From positions 62,001 to 126,000 of the forward strand of contig JADIIX010000001.1 in assembly GCA_027604505.1 (NCBI GenBank): a DNA stretch of 64,000 bases, written 5' to 3'. Below the pieces are notes generated by a model. It saw nothing but the letters and a program-made list of their open reading frames with translations. It did no database searches and was not told where the DNA came from. Made by a program: the position numbers and the translations under genes. Of this stretch, positions 1-11,751 are shown one piece after another (the first letter of the stretch is position 1; each line of letters begins with the position of its first letter). The DNA is from Gonapodya sp. JEL0774. Its lineage: Eukaryota.

Positions 1-1271
1 AGAATTATGGTCATGTTGTCAGTACCTTTGCCCCCTCCGAAATCTCCGGGGAACAGTTGAGCGCAGTGTACAAGCTGTGAAGAGGCAATACGTTGATGAA
101 ACACCAAGAATTTACCACGAATCAAGCCTCTTACGATTTCTTCGCATGTCTCCTTCAGATCTCTGCCCTCTGCGATGCACCTACCAACGAAATCAACAAT
201 ATCTTGCGATTCAAGCCGATCGGTTACTCCGTCTGACATTAGCATAACGAAATCATTTCGTGCATAAGGAAGATGAATATACAGCTCAGGATTCGCAGTG
301 ACTTTTTGCTGTTCCAAAGATACGTTTGAGTTTGTTTTGTAGTCGAAATCACCGAATGCCCTGGAAACTGCCAGCATCCCTTTGAATTGAGAAAAGATGG
401 TTATAATGGGGCTGACAGACTGGAGGGTGAGGTCTTTGTCTCACCGTCGACGCGATCAGCGTCAACATAACCCGCGGCTTCGATGATTCGTGACAGCTCC
501 CCTGGTCGTGAAGAACGGGTTAACGCGGTAGAGAGGGAGGGGGTAAAAAATGTGGGTAATAGTATCGATACACCCTACGGACCATCCCCGAACCTTGTGT
601 TTTCAATGACTCACTGGGCATGTTGGGCTTGTGGTCGATTGAGATTGGGACTTGTCTGCCGCCGACACTGACGATCGCCCGAGAATCCCCCGCATTGGCA
701 CAGTAAATAGTACCAGACTGGTCGATAAGTACAACCACAGAGGTTGAACCGCCGCCCGAGTCCACAATTTCTTTATCTTGAAACACGTAGGGTCAGGATG
801 TATAGAGTCGAAAACCAGCCGATCACTCTGTTCAACCATTTCACCTTTCCGCATGCGAGAGTCAAAGTCTAAGAAGGTGCGACGAAGGGCTTCCGTGTAA
901 TCTTTTGATTCGAACTGGGGCGATTCGCTGAGCATAATGTGAAGCTCCCTCGCGGCCCGTATGGCAACGTTATCACCTCCGTGACCGTCGTACACCGCGA
1001 AGAATGCAGGATACTTTTCCGTGGAGTCCTCAAGCTGGGATAACCTCTTTGAGTGACACAAAAAGCAAAATCTCTTTCCGCGTCAACCCACACGACCAAA
1101 AGGTTTCAAAGACACAATTGCCGTGTATGCGTCTTCCATATAGGGACGATAGGCTTGCATGGTTGCCACGGTGAATGGTGTCGCATTGCTTCCACCTTGA
1201 ACGCCAGTGTGAGTCCTTGCCGACTTGCTGCCAGTGTACAGCACAGGCATCCGGCACTGGTCAGCAATCAT
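1..1271 (-). CDS. Protein phosphatase 2C (PPM family, Ptc2/3-like), spliced; 3' end runs off the window start
   Basis: Motifs MQAYRPYMED, FFAVYDGHGG, YCANAGDSRA, SIDHKP, LAVSRAFGDF, MSDG and DNMTII (rc of nt 1-23). Start codon uncertain. Confidence 0.9.
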
Positions 1272-1803
1272 TGCCGTGAAGTATTTTGGTAAAGCGAAAT
1301 TTCTTTTTTGGGAAAAGCTGGGGAAAACGTGCTTTGTTTGGGAAGCTGGCTTCTTCCTTAATAAAAGGATACAGCACCGCACATCATAATAATATCAGAA
1401 GAAAAACTATTCAAGCTTCCATCATTCGAAAGTACCATAAATTAGGTTGCGTACACCAGACAAACCGAGGAACATCAAAATCACACATCATCACGATAAT
1501 CATGTGGCTGCAAGTGTACGTGTTTGGTGCAAAGGAGCTCCTCTCCTTCCAACCCAGGTCGTTCTTCAACTCTAATGCGAACTTAGGTGCGAGACTTTCC
1601 TTAGACCCATTAACATTTGATTTCCAACAAGTTGGAAAACGCGCGTCTGTAAGATGTGCGTATGCAGTCCTCGAAATTTAAACGAAGACCATAGTGTTAC
1701 CACCAGAAAGGAACATGAACTGCAGTATCGGATGCCCAACACCCACAATCGCAGAGAGCAGAACAACAAAAGCCGTGTCAGATATCATGAGCTACTCCCC
1801 ACT

Positions 1804-3545
1804 TCAACTCCCCTTATCAATGCCACCCACCAGCATCATCATCACAATCATAAACATGACTTGCCGCACAGCTTGCTGTTGTGCCTGCTCACGAAGCTCT
1901 TCGGCCTGACGGCGCTCTTCTGGAGTGGCATTGGGGCCAGGATTGGAGGGATGCAGGGTAGCGGTAGGGCCGTTGCCGGGGTAAAGAGCGTCCACACCGG
2001 TCTGGGGGGTCCAAGGGAGGAGGATCAAACATGCATCAGCGTAATTCCGTTGCTAAGGAATAACGTGAATCCCAAGAGCTTTAACAAGTGGTCGCGGGAA
2101 CTGTCTGACCTCCGGTAAGTTAGGCAACCTGATCCGTCCAGTTCTTCCCTGCCACCCCTTTCCAAGTATCATTCGAAACGTTCCCGAAATTTTCAAATCT
2201 GCGGTACTCACAAATGGTGCCGCAAACATTCCAAAGGGTCCCGGTGCAAATCCGTGTTGTGGACCGCCAGACCACGTACCAAAAGGCGTTGCTACCGACC
2301 ACTGCAAACCTCCTTGATGAAGACGTTGCTGGTTTGCGGTTTGGCGCCTTGGGGGAGCTGGTGGTGGCTCAGGACGTTGTGGTGGAGGGCGCGGAGGTGT
2401 GGGTCGGGCTCTGGGATCTGTCCGCGAAGCAGAGCGGCCAAACAAGGGAATTACCTGCATTTGGAAGAACAGGTAGTAAGATATAGATCCACAGAGATCA
2501 GAAGACAGTGAGAGCACAGTAAGCGAGACTCCAGGGGACCAGATGAGCTCAAATGAATTGGAAGTCTCTTTTGCTGCTGTTCTCTTTCGAGCTTCGTCAT
2601 CCTGCTAGGAGGTGGAAGCTCCATTATTGTTCCGTCCGCTCACCGGTTCACACGCTGGTCTCAGTACAATCTGCTACGATTTGGAGACGACTCTGCACTC
2701 CAAATGGAATTAATATCGTCAGAAGGTACCTTCAAGCTTTGTTTTCAACTCCTGGGACTCGGCTTGCAGCGATTCAAAAGGACAACCAGTCAACGCCAAG
2801 CTCGCTTGCTGCTCACATTATCTTTGGTGACTCCGGCTTTACAGACGGGACAAGCTGCTCTTCCCTCGATGGTTGCACGTTCGAGCCACGCGGACAGACA
2901 CGGCCAGCACTACCGAAGAAGTTTGAATGGTCAGATTACGCGGTGGGGAGATGTGCAGACGAGGGGATGAGAGCTCACATAAAGGTGCCCGCATACCGTG
3001 ACGACTGGGTCAGTGGGTGATTCAAAGCTGAGATATTAGAGAATAATCATGTATTATATTATTCCCAATGCGAATTCGAAGCTTCAAATGATACTCATTC
3101 AGCTCACAAGTACAACCGGAACCCCAAAGACTCACCAAATATTACACTCAAATTCCGTTTTGCTATCATCACGAGGCGCATCATCTGATGGGGAGTCCTT
3201 TGCGCTGTTAAGGTTCTCCACCGCTCCGTCCCCACCACGTGCACCACTCATACTGGCTGTGCTGTTGTCTTTATTAAAGGTGCTAGAAGGGAGTTCCGGT
3301 GATGTAGAGGATGCTACGGGTCCCTCCGCTTCTGGTGAATGATCGGACTCCGGTGGGAATGACGCAGGAAGGGTGATCTCAGATCCCGTTCCATCCCGAG
3401 CCGGAACTTCATCCCGCAGGTACTGCCGCCCTACACGCTGTCTCAGAATCTCTGGCGAGTAGGAAAAGGAGGTCGAGGAAGACATTCCATTCGGGGCTTC
3501 GTTCGAGCTCTGTGCATTTCTAGAGTCACAGTTCTCGTCCGTCAT
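1804..3545 (-). CDS. RNF5/RNF185-like C3HC4 RING E3 ubiquitin ligase with C-terminal hydrophobic segment, spliced
   Basis: FECNI|.., [11 protein letters not shown] (near 2975-3012), VIPLFGR..DPR..PPRP..QRPEP, C-terminal [11 protein letters not shown]. Confidence 0.8.
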
Positions 3546-3909
3546 CCCTCTCTGCAAGTCCGTTGACTTATTTTGCCCTGAGTGATCGATCACGTGTGAT
3601 TTGGTCACCTCCAGATCGTTCTTTTCGAGTGTATGTGTATATGTTCTTGTTGCGTTTGCAGACAGCCTCGCACGCAAAAACCGGTTCAGCCTCGATGGGG
3701 AGATTTCCCAGGCAGGACACTCTTTTCTAGAAAAATCTGGATGAACCCTAGCTAGATGACCATCTAGCAAATTCTAACTATAGATCCATGTGTGCGGCGT
3801 GACTTTCTGTCCATCTCAAAATCTTTAATGCAAAAGCGTACAATTGTATCCAAGTGTTAATTTTTTGATACCTTGTTTTCACGACTTTCGTGCTTTTGCT
3901 GTCGCTACA

Positions 3910-5878
3910 TTACTTGGAGAGTTTCGCCGACTTAACATTTCGGTACATTCCCAGGGGATTGGAAGGTTGACAGACAGGCCCTAGTGCCGTACCGCGAAGG
4001 GGGCTGCAACAAGTGGCAGGGAGAGAGAGCCCCAGAAGGGGGGCGGGCAGATGCTGCCAGAAACCGGGCCGGTGGCCGAGGAGGACCCTGAGCCCACCAG
4101 CCGCCAAGGCCACCGACCGCCAACAGAGGGGTGGGGAGGCGAGGCCGATAGAGAGACAAGAAAGGGGGGGTAGAGAGGGGAAAAGAGAGAAAGCAGATGA
4201 TAGCGAAAACGAAAAGAAAACTACAGAATGCCACATTGAGACCAACGCCAAACGCCATCACACCACCACCCGGTGTCCCACATCCCCACCAGCCAACTGA
4301 CCTGAACCACTACTCTCCCAGATCACCCGCCCAGCGCCAATTCCGTGAATTGCCGGGCCTGCGACAGTCTATCCAAGATAGGGAGCCAGAGGTACACGAA
4401 GAAGGCGTCCGACTGCCAGTCTCCCAAGATCTGGATCCAAGAGTTCGGCATTCCCACAGAGGCTGGGAAGACGGAACCAGAGGCCCAGAAGCTGTGCCAA
4501 GTGATAACACACGTCGCGGGGACGAACCAGTGACAGAGACGATGTGGCAGAGAGAGGTTTCGACCCAATGTGAGGCAACAGGCAGCGCAGAGGCTGCAGA
4601 GGCAAAATATTGAAGGTGAGAATACGCTCAAGCGGGGTTGATGAGCGTACTGGGGACGGCATCCAGCGGCTAGGTGACCACCGGAGATTGATCTTGAATT
4701 GTTTTGGAACCTTGTACTTGACGCCGGAGAACGTCCCCAGATGCACTAAGCCAGAGGTCCTCCCACTGTAGTGCGCGCCAACACAGATCCACGGACTTGA
4801 CTCCAAGGTTTGACTTACAGTAGAGACTGGTGAACGCCACGGAGATGATGAGCAACAGGATGGAATCGCTGCGTTAGGAGAGATCAAGGGCACCCAGGAG
4901 AGGACTGACTTCAGAGACCAAGAGGACGGCTGCGTGCTTGGGGGGTTTGCCCTTGGTTTGTTGTCTCGGGCATTGTTGGCGGTTTAAATGCTTTTAAACC
5001 CCCCCCCCCCCCCCCCCAGGAGACTGGCAATCGGTGCCGATTGTGAAATGATTTGAGACTCCCAACATAATTGTGGACAGAGGTGGGTTTGAGGGATCAC
5101 AAGAGGAGGAGCAACCAGTTCCAGACAGCAGGGCAGGGGCAATGTTGAAGTAGATGCGGAAGTGGACGTAAGAGTAGAGGTGGGTTTTGTAGGAGGTGGT
5201 GGTCTAGGAAGCGAGGAATGTAGAGACGTAGAAGGCAGACATAGGAGGAACTTCTGCAGCTGGAGGAATGAGGGAGTGGGGCGCCCACAGCGGATTAGCA
5301 AACTTGGAATATCTCCACCACAATGGGCTTTCCACCAGGAAGTTGTCTGTGCCAGCCAGGTACACCGCCAATATCCGGAAGTTGTAGTGTGCCAGAAGGT
5401 AGAAGAGATCCCGGGGCATGTCCATGACCCGGGGGTTTCTGCAAGTAGTGCCTGTGTTGATCCAAGCGAGGGTAGCTGATGAGTCAGTCCGAATACGGAT
5501 CCAATTCCCTGCCAGAGATGGTGCCAGACAAGAGATAGCGGTGAAGATGCATGTGAGTTTGAGCTTGTTGATATGGGCCCTGTCCAGAGCATGAGAGAAC
5601 CAGCCACATTGAAAGTCCGTGACAGACCAACCCGATACTCGCCTGAGCAAACAACGAGGGGCAAAAGGTGAGGGGGCGAGCGCTCAGAGAGGGGAGGGGA
5701 GGGGTTAAAGGAGCAATAAAGGGTGTGTGAACAGTGGGGGGCAACTGTATTGCGTTGAGAGGTTCCTGGGTTGTGGATCCCCCTGGCCTTTGGGTCCTTC
5801 CTGAACCAAGATGAGATGTCATCATGCCATGGCACCAACACAACACCAGCCATGCCATCCCAAGCGAAGAATTGCTCA
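3910..5878 (-). mobile_element. Degenerate Ngaro/DIRS-type tyrosine-recombinase retrotransposon, 3' half (RNase H + YR + 3' non-coding)
   Basis: RNase H-like HINKLKL..IRIRTDS..YLAGTDN (5204-5650). YR C-terminus HSFWASG..GMPNSWIQILGDWQSDAFFVY (4323-4631). Frameshifts and stops are present. No methyltransferase domain seen between RH and YR, which fits Ngaro. Boundaries approximate. Confidence 0.85.
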
Positions 5879-6034
5879 CGAAATTAGTTATTTATTGATG
5901 ATCATTTTATAGCAGTTACTACTGTAAATAAAAGTTACAGTGCCCTACGCGTAGTACCCAATCCACAGTGGTTTTTGTGCAGAACTTTAATATATCTATC
6001 GTGCGCCTGATCTAAACGGAGTATTCCTCCTATT

Positions 6035-7466
6035 CTAAACTCGTATGAAACAAATTTGCCTCTCTCGAACCTGCCCGTGTGGCCCAGTGATTCCCTCTGC
6101 ACTGTCAGTTTCCAACTTTTCTTTTTTTCCAGTAGCCAGACAAGTCGCCGACAGGGAGGACTTCAGATTGATACATGTCGTTCAAAAATTGGGCGGAGCC
6201 TGAGAGAAAAGAAAGTGAAGAGGGTGGCTGGGGTGAGTTTGAACAGATTTGTGTTAAGGGGAGTGCAGAGGCTCACCCAGGTAGAATGCCTGGCGAGGTT
6301 TGAAAAGGAGAGAGGCAGAGGCGCACCAAAGGTGGAGTCAAAAGTGATCCGAGGAATCAGAATCATGAGAACTCACGAGAAGAGCAGCGATGATTCCAAA
6401 CCAGCCCCCAGCACGGAGTGATGTAGTGTTGTACTGTCCACCTACCTACAACCCGTCGACGAAGTGGGTAGAGTGATCATAGAGTTGAAACCAGATGACG
6501 TACGACTCCCAAATGTTTCTTGTCCACCCTGTAACTCACCAAGGTAAAAAACGCCAAGATAAGGGGCACAAATATTGAGGAAAGTGCAACAGAGACTCGC
6601 AGACTCCCGACAAGGAAAATTATCGATAGTGCACCCCACGCAGAGAAGAAGAGAGCCATGCCGGCTTGCGTAGAGGCTTTGTTGAGGGTGGGGAGGGCGA
6701 GAGTGCGCGGGTTGTGGGGCAGGTGCGGGAAGTCAGATAAGATCAGAACCGATAGTTGGCGTCTCCGCAGTGGAAGAATTTTGTCCAACTCGCAACACCC
6801 CATCTTACACAGCACGCAGCAAGGATAATAACTGCCCGTATCCAGGCAATTACTCTTGGAGCCAGTGTTTCAAATTTCAACTGAAATAGCAACTCACAAA
6901 CGGACAGAATTTTGGACCCAACCACAAATTTGAAAACAGCCAAGCCGAGCCAAAACGCGCCGTAAGTACAAAATACGGTGGCTCCAAAGAGATTATTCTG
7001 GGCCGGTGAGGTCATGGGTTAAAAGCGCCGCGCATTTGATACTCTTGTATGCTCAGGGCTCACTTTGAAAAATTCTAGTAGACCAGCGACCCATTGAGTT
7101 GCTCCACCCCATGCGAGCGCGTAGCACCAGACGACAGCCTCGAAGTCGAGTTCTAACAATTGAGAATCATGCGTACAAAGGGATTGGGGTGAGTCAAGAG
7201 ATTCATGTAAGCTCTATGTTTGCTCTGCGACGGGTAGGGTACACACCAACGATTCCCGCATTTGCGAAGCTGAGAAACACGGTTGTCAGAGAGAAAGCAA
7301 AGAGACCCAGTGGACCGGGGTTTGCGATGGTTTGGGAGAGGTCAATCACTCGGAGGGACGAGTGGATAGGGATAGGATGAGCACAGTCCGGGGCGGAGAT
7401 GTGGAGAAGCGTCGAGCCCATGCCAATGAGAGGTTCATGAGCGGGCGATTTCTTTGAATCTGTCAT
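6035..7466 (-). CDS. GPR1/FUN34/SatP (ATO/Ady2-like) acetate/carboxylate transporter, spliced
   Basis: Signature ANPGPLGLFAFSLTT, plus NNLFGATVFCTYGAFWLG and AGGWFGIIAA. 3' end approximate. Confidence 0.88.
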
Positions 7467-7794
7467 GAAAGCTTGGTGGAAAAGTGGAAGAACGGATATC
7501 GGGCAAGTGATGAGTGGGCGATTGCTTTGAATCCTTCTTGATAGCGATGAGCGTCGAGCATGATGACTCATACAATAGCGTAATTTATTTATCCAATACT
7601 CTCCCCATTCCCTAGCTCCTTCGCCGTCACATATCTAAATTATCGCAATAACTCTCAGTAGCGCATTCAGACTTGGGGGGTTAGTTACTGTAATTGTGCT
7701 GGTGTTCCGCGATAAATAGTTCTTGGGTGGGAGCTGGCCTCGTGCGTTGAACAGGGAAGGCAGGTTGTCAGCACATAATTCATTTCCCTCCAGC

Positions 7795-8347
7795 ATGACA
7801 TCATTTTCTTCTGGACGAAGCGCCACCATCTTAACAAACTTGCTTTGTTTGCGACTTATTTCTTCCAATCCGGCCATACTACCTGCTCCCGGCTTCCCCA
7901 AGCGATTTTCAACGTCGCAACACCATCAATCACCACCACCTGAACCTGACCCCAGTTACACACCTGGGGAGAAGGAAATCCATCGCATTCTCACTGAACA
8001 CAAACCTCTCCGTCCGATTTCGAAGTTGGTTGTGACGGATACGAGCGGTGAGTTTACTACTACGTTCGAGAAGTTAATAATGACGGTACTTGACCTCACC
8101 AATCCTGGTTGAAATACGGATCACCCCTACTGATTTCGTTCTCCAATTGTGGTGGGTTACTCCCCCTGTCTCATCGTCTCGGTAAGGCGGTTGCGGTAGC
8201 ATGTACGCTATTGAAATTAGCAGTTCAGCATTTGGAGGGATCAGCATGCTGAAGCAACACCGACTTGTGACAGAGGCCCTCCAGGATATAATGAAACAGC
8301 AGGGGTGGCATGGACTGACAGTCAAAACCGCACCGGCTTCTTCATGA
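7795..8347 (+). CDS. BolA family protein (BolA3/Bol3-like) with probable mitochondrial presequence, one intron
   Basis: VVTDTSG|GCGSMYAIEISSSAFGGISMLKQHRLVTEAL..WHGLTVKT. Intron about 8049-8186. Confidence 0.9.
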
Positions 8348-8364
8348 TTGAGTCTGGCTATCAT

Positions 8365-10942
8365 TTACAGCTTGTACTTTTTCTTCAATGCATCCACTTG
8401 GCCTTTACCACGAACGTAGGCGAACATGTGCTGTGCAACACGACGCATTTGTATTTCTTCCGAACCCTCCGTGATCCGGTAGCGACGGTGGTGACGGTAG
8501 ATGTGCTCTACGGAGCCAAGGTAAAACAAATAAGAAATCGATGAAAACTATCGATCCAAGGGATGGAGAATTTTACACACCGAATGGCTTGTGTCTGGAG
8601 TAACCGATACCACCGTGAATCTGAATCGCACGGTCGGCCGCATTACAGCACAGTCGGTTCGCCCGGTAGTTGCCTGCAACCCGTCAACACAGCTTAACTT
8701 CAACATGAATTCCAGATCGGAACAATGTGAATCGAAAATGAGGCCAATACCCACACATCGCGACCCTGTCACTGAGCGCAACCGTCACTTCATCTCGGGT
8801 CATTTTATCCATTGCAGCGGCCGTCTCGCCTTATTTCGAGGAAAAAGATGAAGCGGGACAAGAAATGTGAAAATTTGATGGATGCGGCGTTGATAGTTGA
8901 GTTGTGATAGAGGACCACCATCCATAGCAAATATATCTGACTCACGGATCAAAAGCCTGAGCATTGCTGCCTCACTTTGGAGTTCCACCAGTGGCTGCAA
9001 TGCAGTCAGGACTTTATTAAAGTGCTGTCCAAATCCAATTGCAATGCCAAATCTCGGAACTCACCCACTGAATGGCCTGGTTGGAGGCTAGAGGCTTCCC
9101 GAAAGGCTTCCTCTCGAGTGCGTATTTCACACTTTCGTTGATACAGAACTGGGCAGCACCGAGAGACGAAGCTGCTTGCCTGATGCGGTTTTCGTGAACA
9201 AAGTGTTGGCCGACAGCGAGCTAGATTAAGCAGCGGGAAATTATGCACCATCAACATTAAATTGGATAGACACAAACGACAAGACCGGTTGGAACGGAGG
9301 ACAATCGGTGAACATCGTTCAAGTTACACGAAACCCACTCCATTGTCAAATTCACCAAGGAACGAATCCGCAGGCACCCACACATCCTTAAGGGATACGC
9401 GAGCGTGGTCGGTGGGCATGTTGAAACTTTACCGAGGATGTTTCGAAACCGTATCAACAGGAGAACTCCGTATGGAAAGTCCAAGATCGACTCACGTCCA
9501 CAGGTACTCTTCAATCTTAAATCCCTTGGCAGTGACGGGAACGATGAAGGCTACGGATCAACGATACTGTCAGTGATGAGATGAATACCGTCTTCTCTCC
9601 AAAATACTGACCAGTGATTCCACGTGCGTCACCAGGCTTGCCCGAAGTGCGAGCGAAAACGAGATCGTGAGTGGCATGGTGCATCCCTACAGGTGAGAGA
9701 CAAGATCTTATGTCAAAAGAGGAGCAGTGGAAGTCGGCTACAAAACACTTACCAGAGTTCCACATTTTCTGACCATTGCTAGAAAGTAAATGAGAAAAGA
9801 ACATCACTTATCAGTTAAAGCTGGATATTGTGACAGAGAAGATCGTCCCGGCTCCGGGGTCTGAACTGCATCATCGCCCACCAATATCGCGTCGCTGTGT
9901 GTAAAGCGTCGGCCTTGCCCCTTCAGACCTTAGAAAGAAGCCACTCCATTTTGAGTTATTGTTGGTCGTGTACAACTCACATCCTCCACCCATTTCCGTC
10001 CTTCACACCCTTTGTCTCCATCCAAGTTGCATCGGAGCCATGATTGGGCTCAGTGAGACCAAACATAATCTGTAAGATGAAAAAGCTATCTGGTAAATTG
10101 TGAGGATGCAGCGGAAATAAGAACCACTCACTCGCATGCTGCCGTCCAGAAGCTTGGGCATAATTTCGCGTCTCTGCTTCTCGGTTGCCTTTGTAGCAAG
10201 CACCAAAAGTGAAGACAGTCATGATGGAGCAGATTTCTTCATTGGGGAAAATGGATACACTCACGAAGTCCTGTCAGTTTGAACGAGAGTGTTAGGGGTA
10301 TGAACTCAACCGACTTTAACGTCCCGAACTCACTCTAAACATGAGCACGAAAGGGTTGTTCGCAACAATAGAAGCTTCATTCTGAAGGTCGTTGTGCAAG
10401 CCCAGACCCTTCGCGGCAAGGTGCTCGCGAATGATGGCCATCGCCAGGTTGGAGCCTCCCTTTCCACCAAACTCCTTGGGCCACGCAAAGCGGAAATGGC
10501 CGGCTTTGTCAGCTAGTCTAGTCATCTTAGGGGGGTCAGAACGGGTGGGAATTGTGATCGTGTGCGCAAACAGGCAACAAGCACGGAAACTCACCTCGCG
10601 GAGGAGTGCCTCCCATTCCGCACGAGGAGTTCCACCATTCTCAAAGTCCGTGCGTGCCCACTCACGGCGGTGGTCGAAACTGCGTTTCAAACGCCGCCCA
10701 CGAAGTTAGTTCAACCAAGAAGGTAACAGCATTAACAACTGTGATCGTTCTTCGATAAAATTGTACGTACAATCGCATGTTATCATCTTTCATCTGCAAT
10801 GGAAGAATCTCACGCTCGATGAACTCGTCCAGTTCTTGGAGATCTGTGAACGACGTTCCGATTGTTTGGATTCAACGTCCAATCACCGACTGCGGCAGAC
10901 GAGCTCACAAGCCTGAATGTCTTCGGGAATCCCAAATTGCAT
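8365..10942 (-). CDS. Acyl-CoA dehydrogenase (FDHRRE subfamily), many small exons
   Basis: MQFGIPE.., FDHRREWARTDFENGG, FGLTEPNHGSDATWMET, GMHHATHD, HYRHHRRYRITEGSEEIQMRRVA. Ends KKKYKL*. Confidence 0.9.
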
Positions 10943-11751
10943 TGTGTCCTTGCCCGTGTAGCCTATGTGATTGGAATGAAGCAGCAAGAGTAATTTATCA
11001 CATTCGCGGACAATCTCAAAAGAACTTGCTGAAAGCTCACCAGCGTAGAGAGCCATTTGCACAGAGTTACACTCGGATGATGATTGCTCGCTGAAGGTGA
11101 ATTTCAATCTCCACTGGGAGCTCGGAATTGATATACTTGGTCGGCTCCAAGATCCGAAGAAAGTGTGCGCCTGGTTTGACCACAGTGGGCAGCACTCGGA
11201 GTTAATACTGCTCTCTTCATTTGCGATGTAAAAATTGGAGTGAGCACCACGGCTCGCGCTTGTGAAGGGGTCATGCTCTTTGAGAGTAAATCGGCGGACG
11301 CAAATTCCGGATCGGTGGGAGACATAATTTATTATATATTGGTTGGCCACCCGCACAGAGGGAGCCAACCATCGGAGAAGTCTGTCCGCACTTAATCAAC
11401 CGTTGCGAAGATGCATATCGAAAGTAGTATACTAATAGGAAACTCTGAATCTGTGGTGGGATCAATTGTTGGGAACAGATACCAACTGATCTCCAACAGA
11501 TACTCCCGGCTCGCGTCCATCCCGAAAAGCAAGCAATAGTTCTTATTACCAGATATGCATCTTAGCGTGAATGTGTACAACCTTTGCCAATTAGAAGAAG
11601 TTGGTTTGGATCATGGTCAGCCTTGACTCCGCACCTCGGCACCTTGTGACAGCTGTACTTGCCAGATTGGCAGAGAATATGGTGATATTAGCACCAGCAA
11701 TCATGCCAAAGTGAATCTTATATTCTATATGTATAGTGAGACGTATTCTCA

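Noticed and set aside
4998..5017. Poly-C run
   Set aside because: Simple homopolymer inside the decayed element; its length is unreliable.
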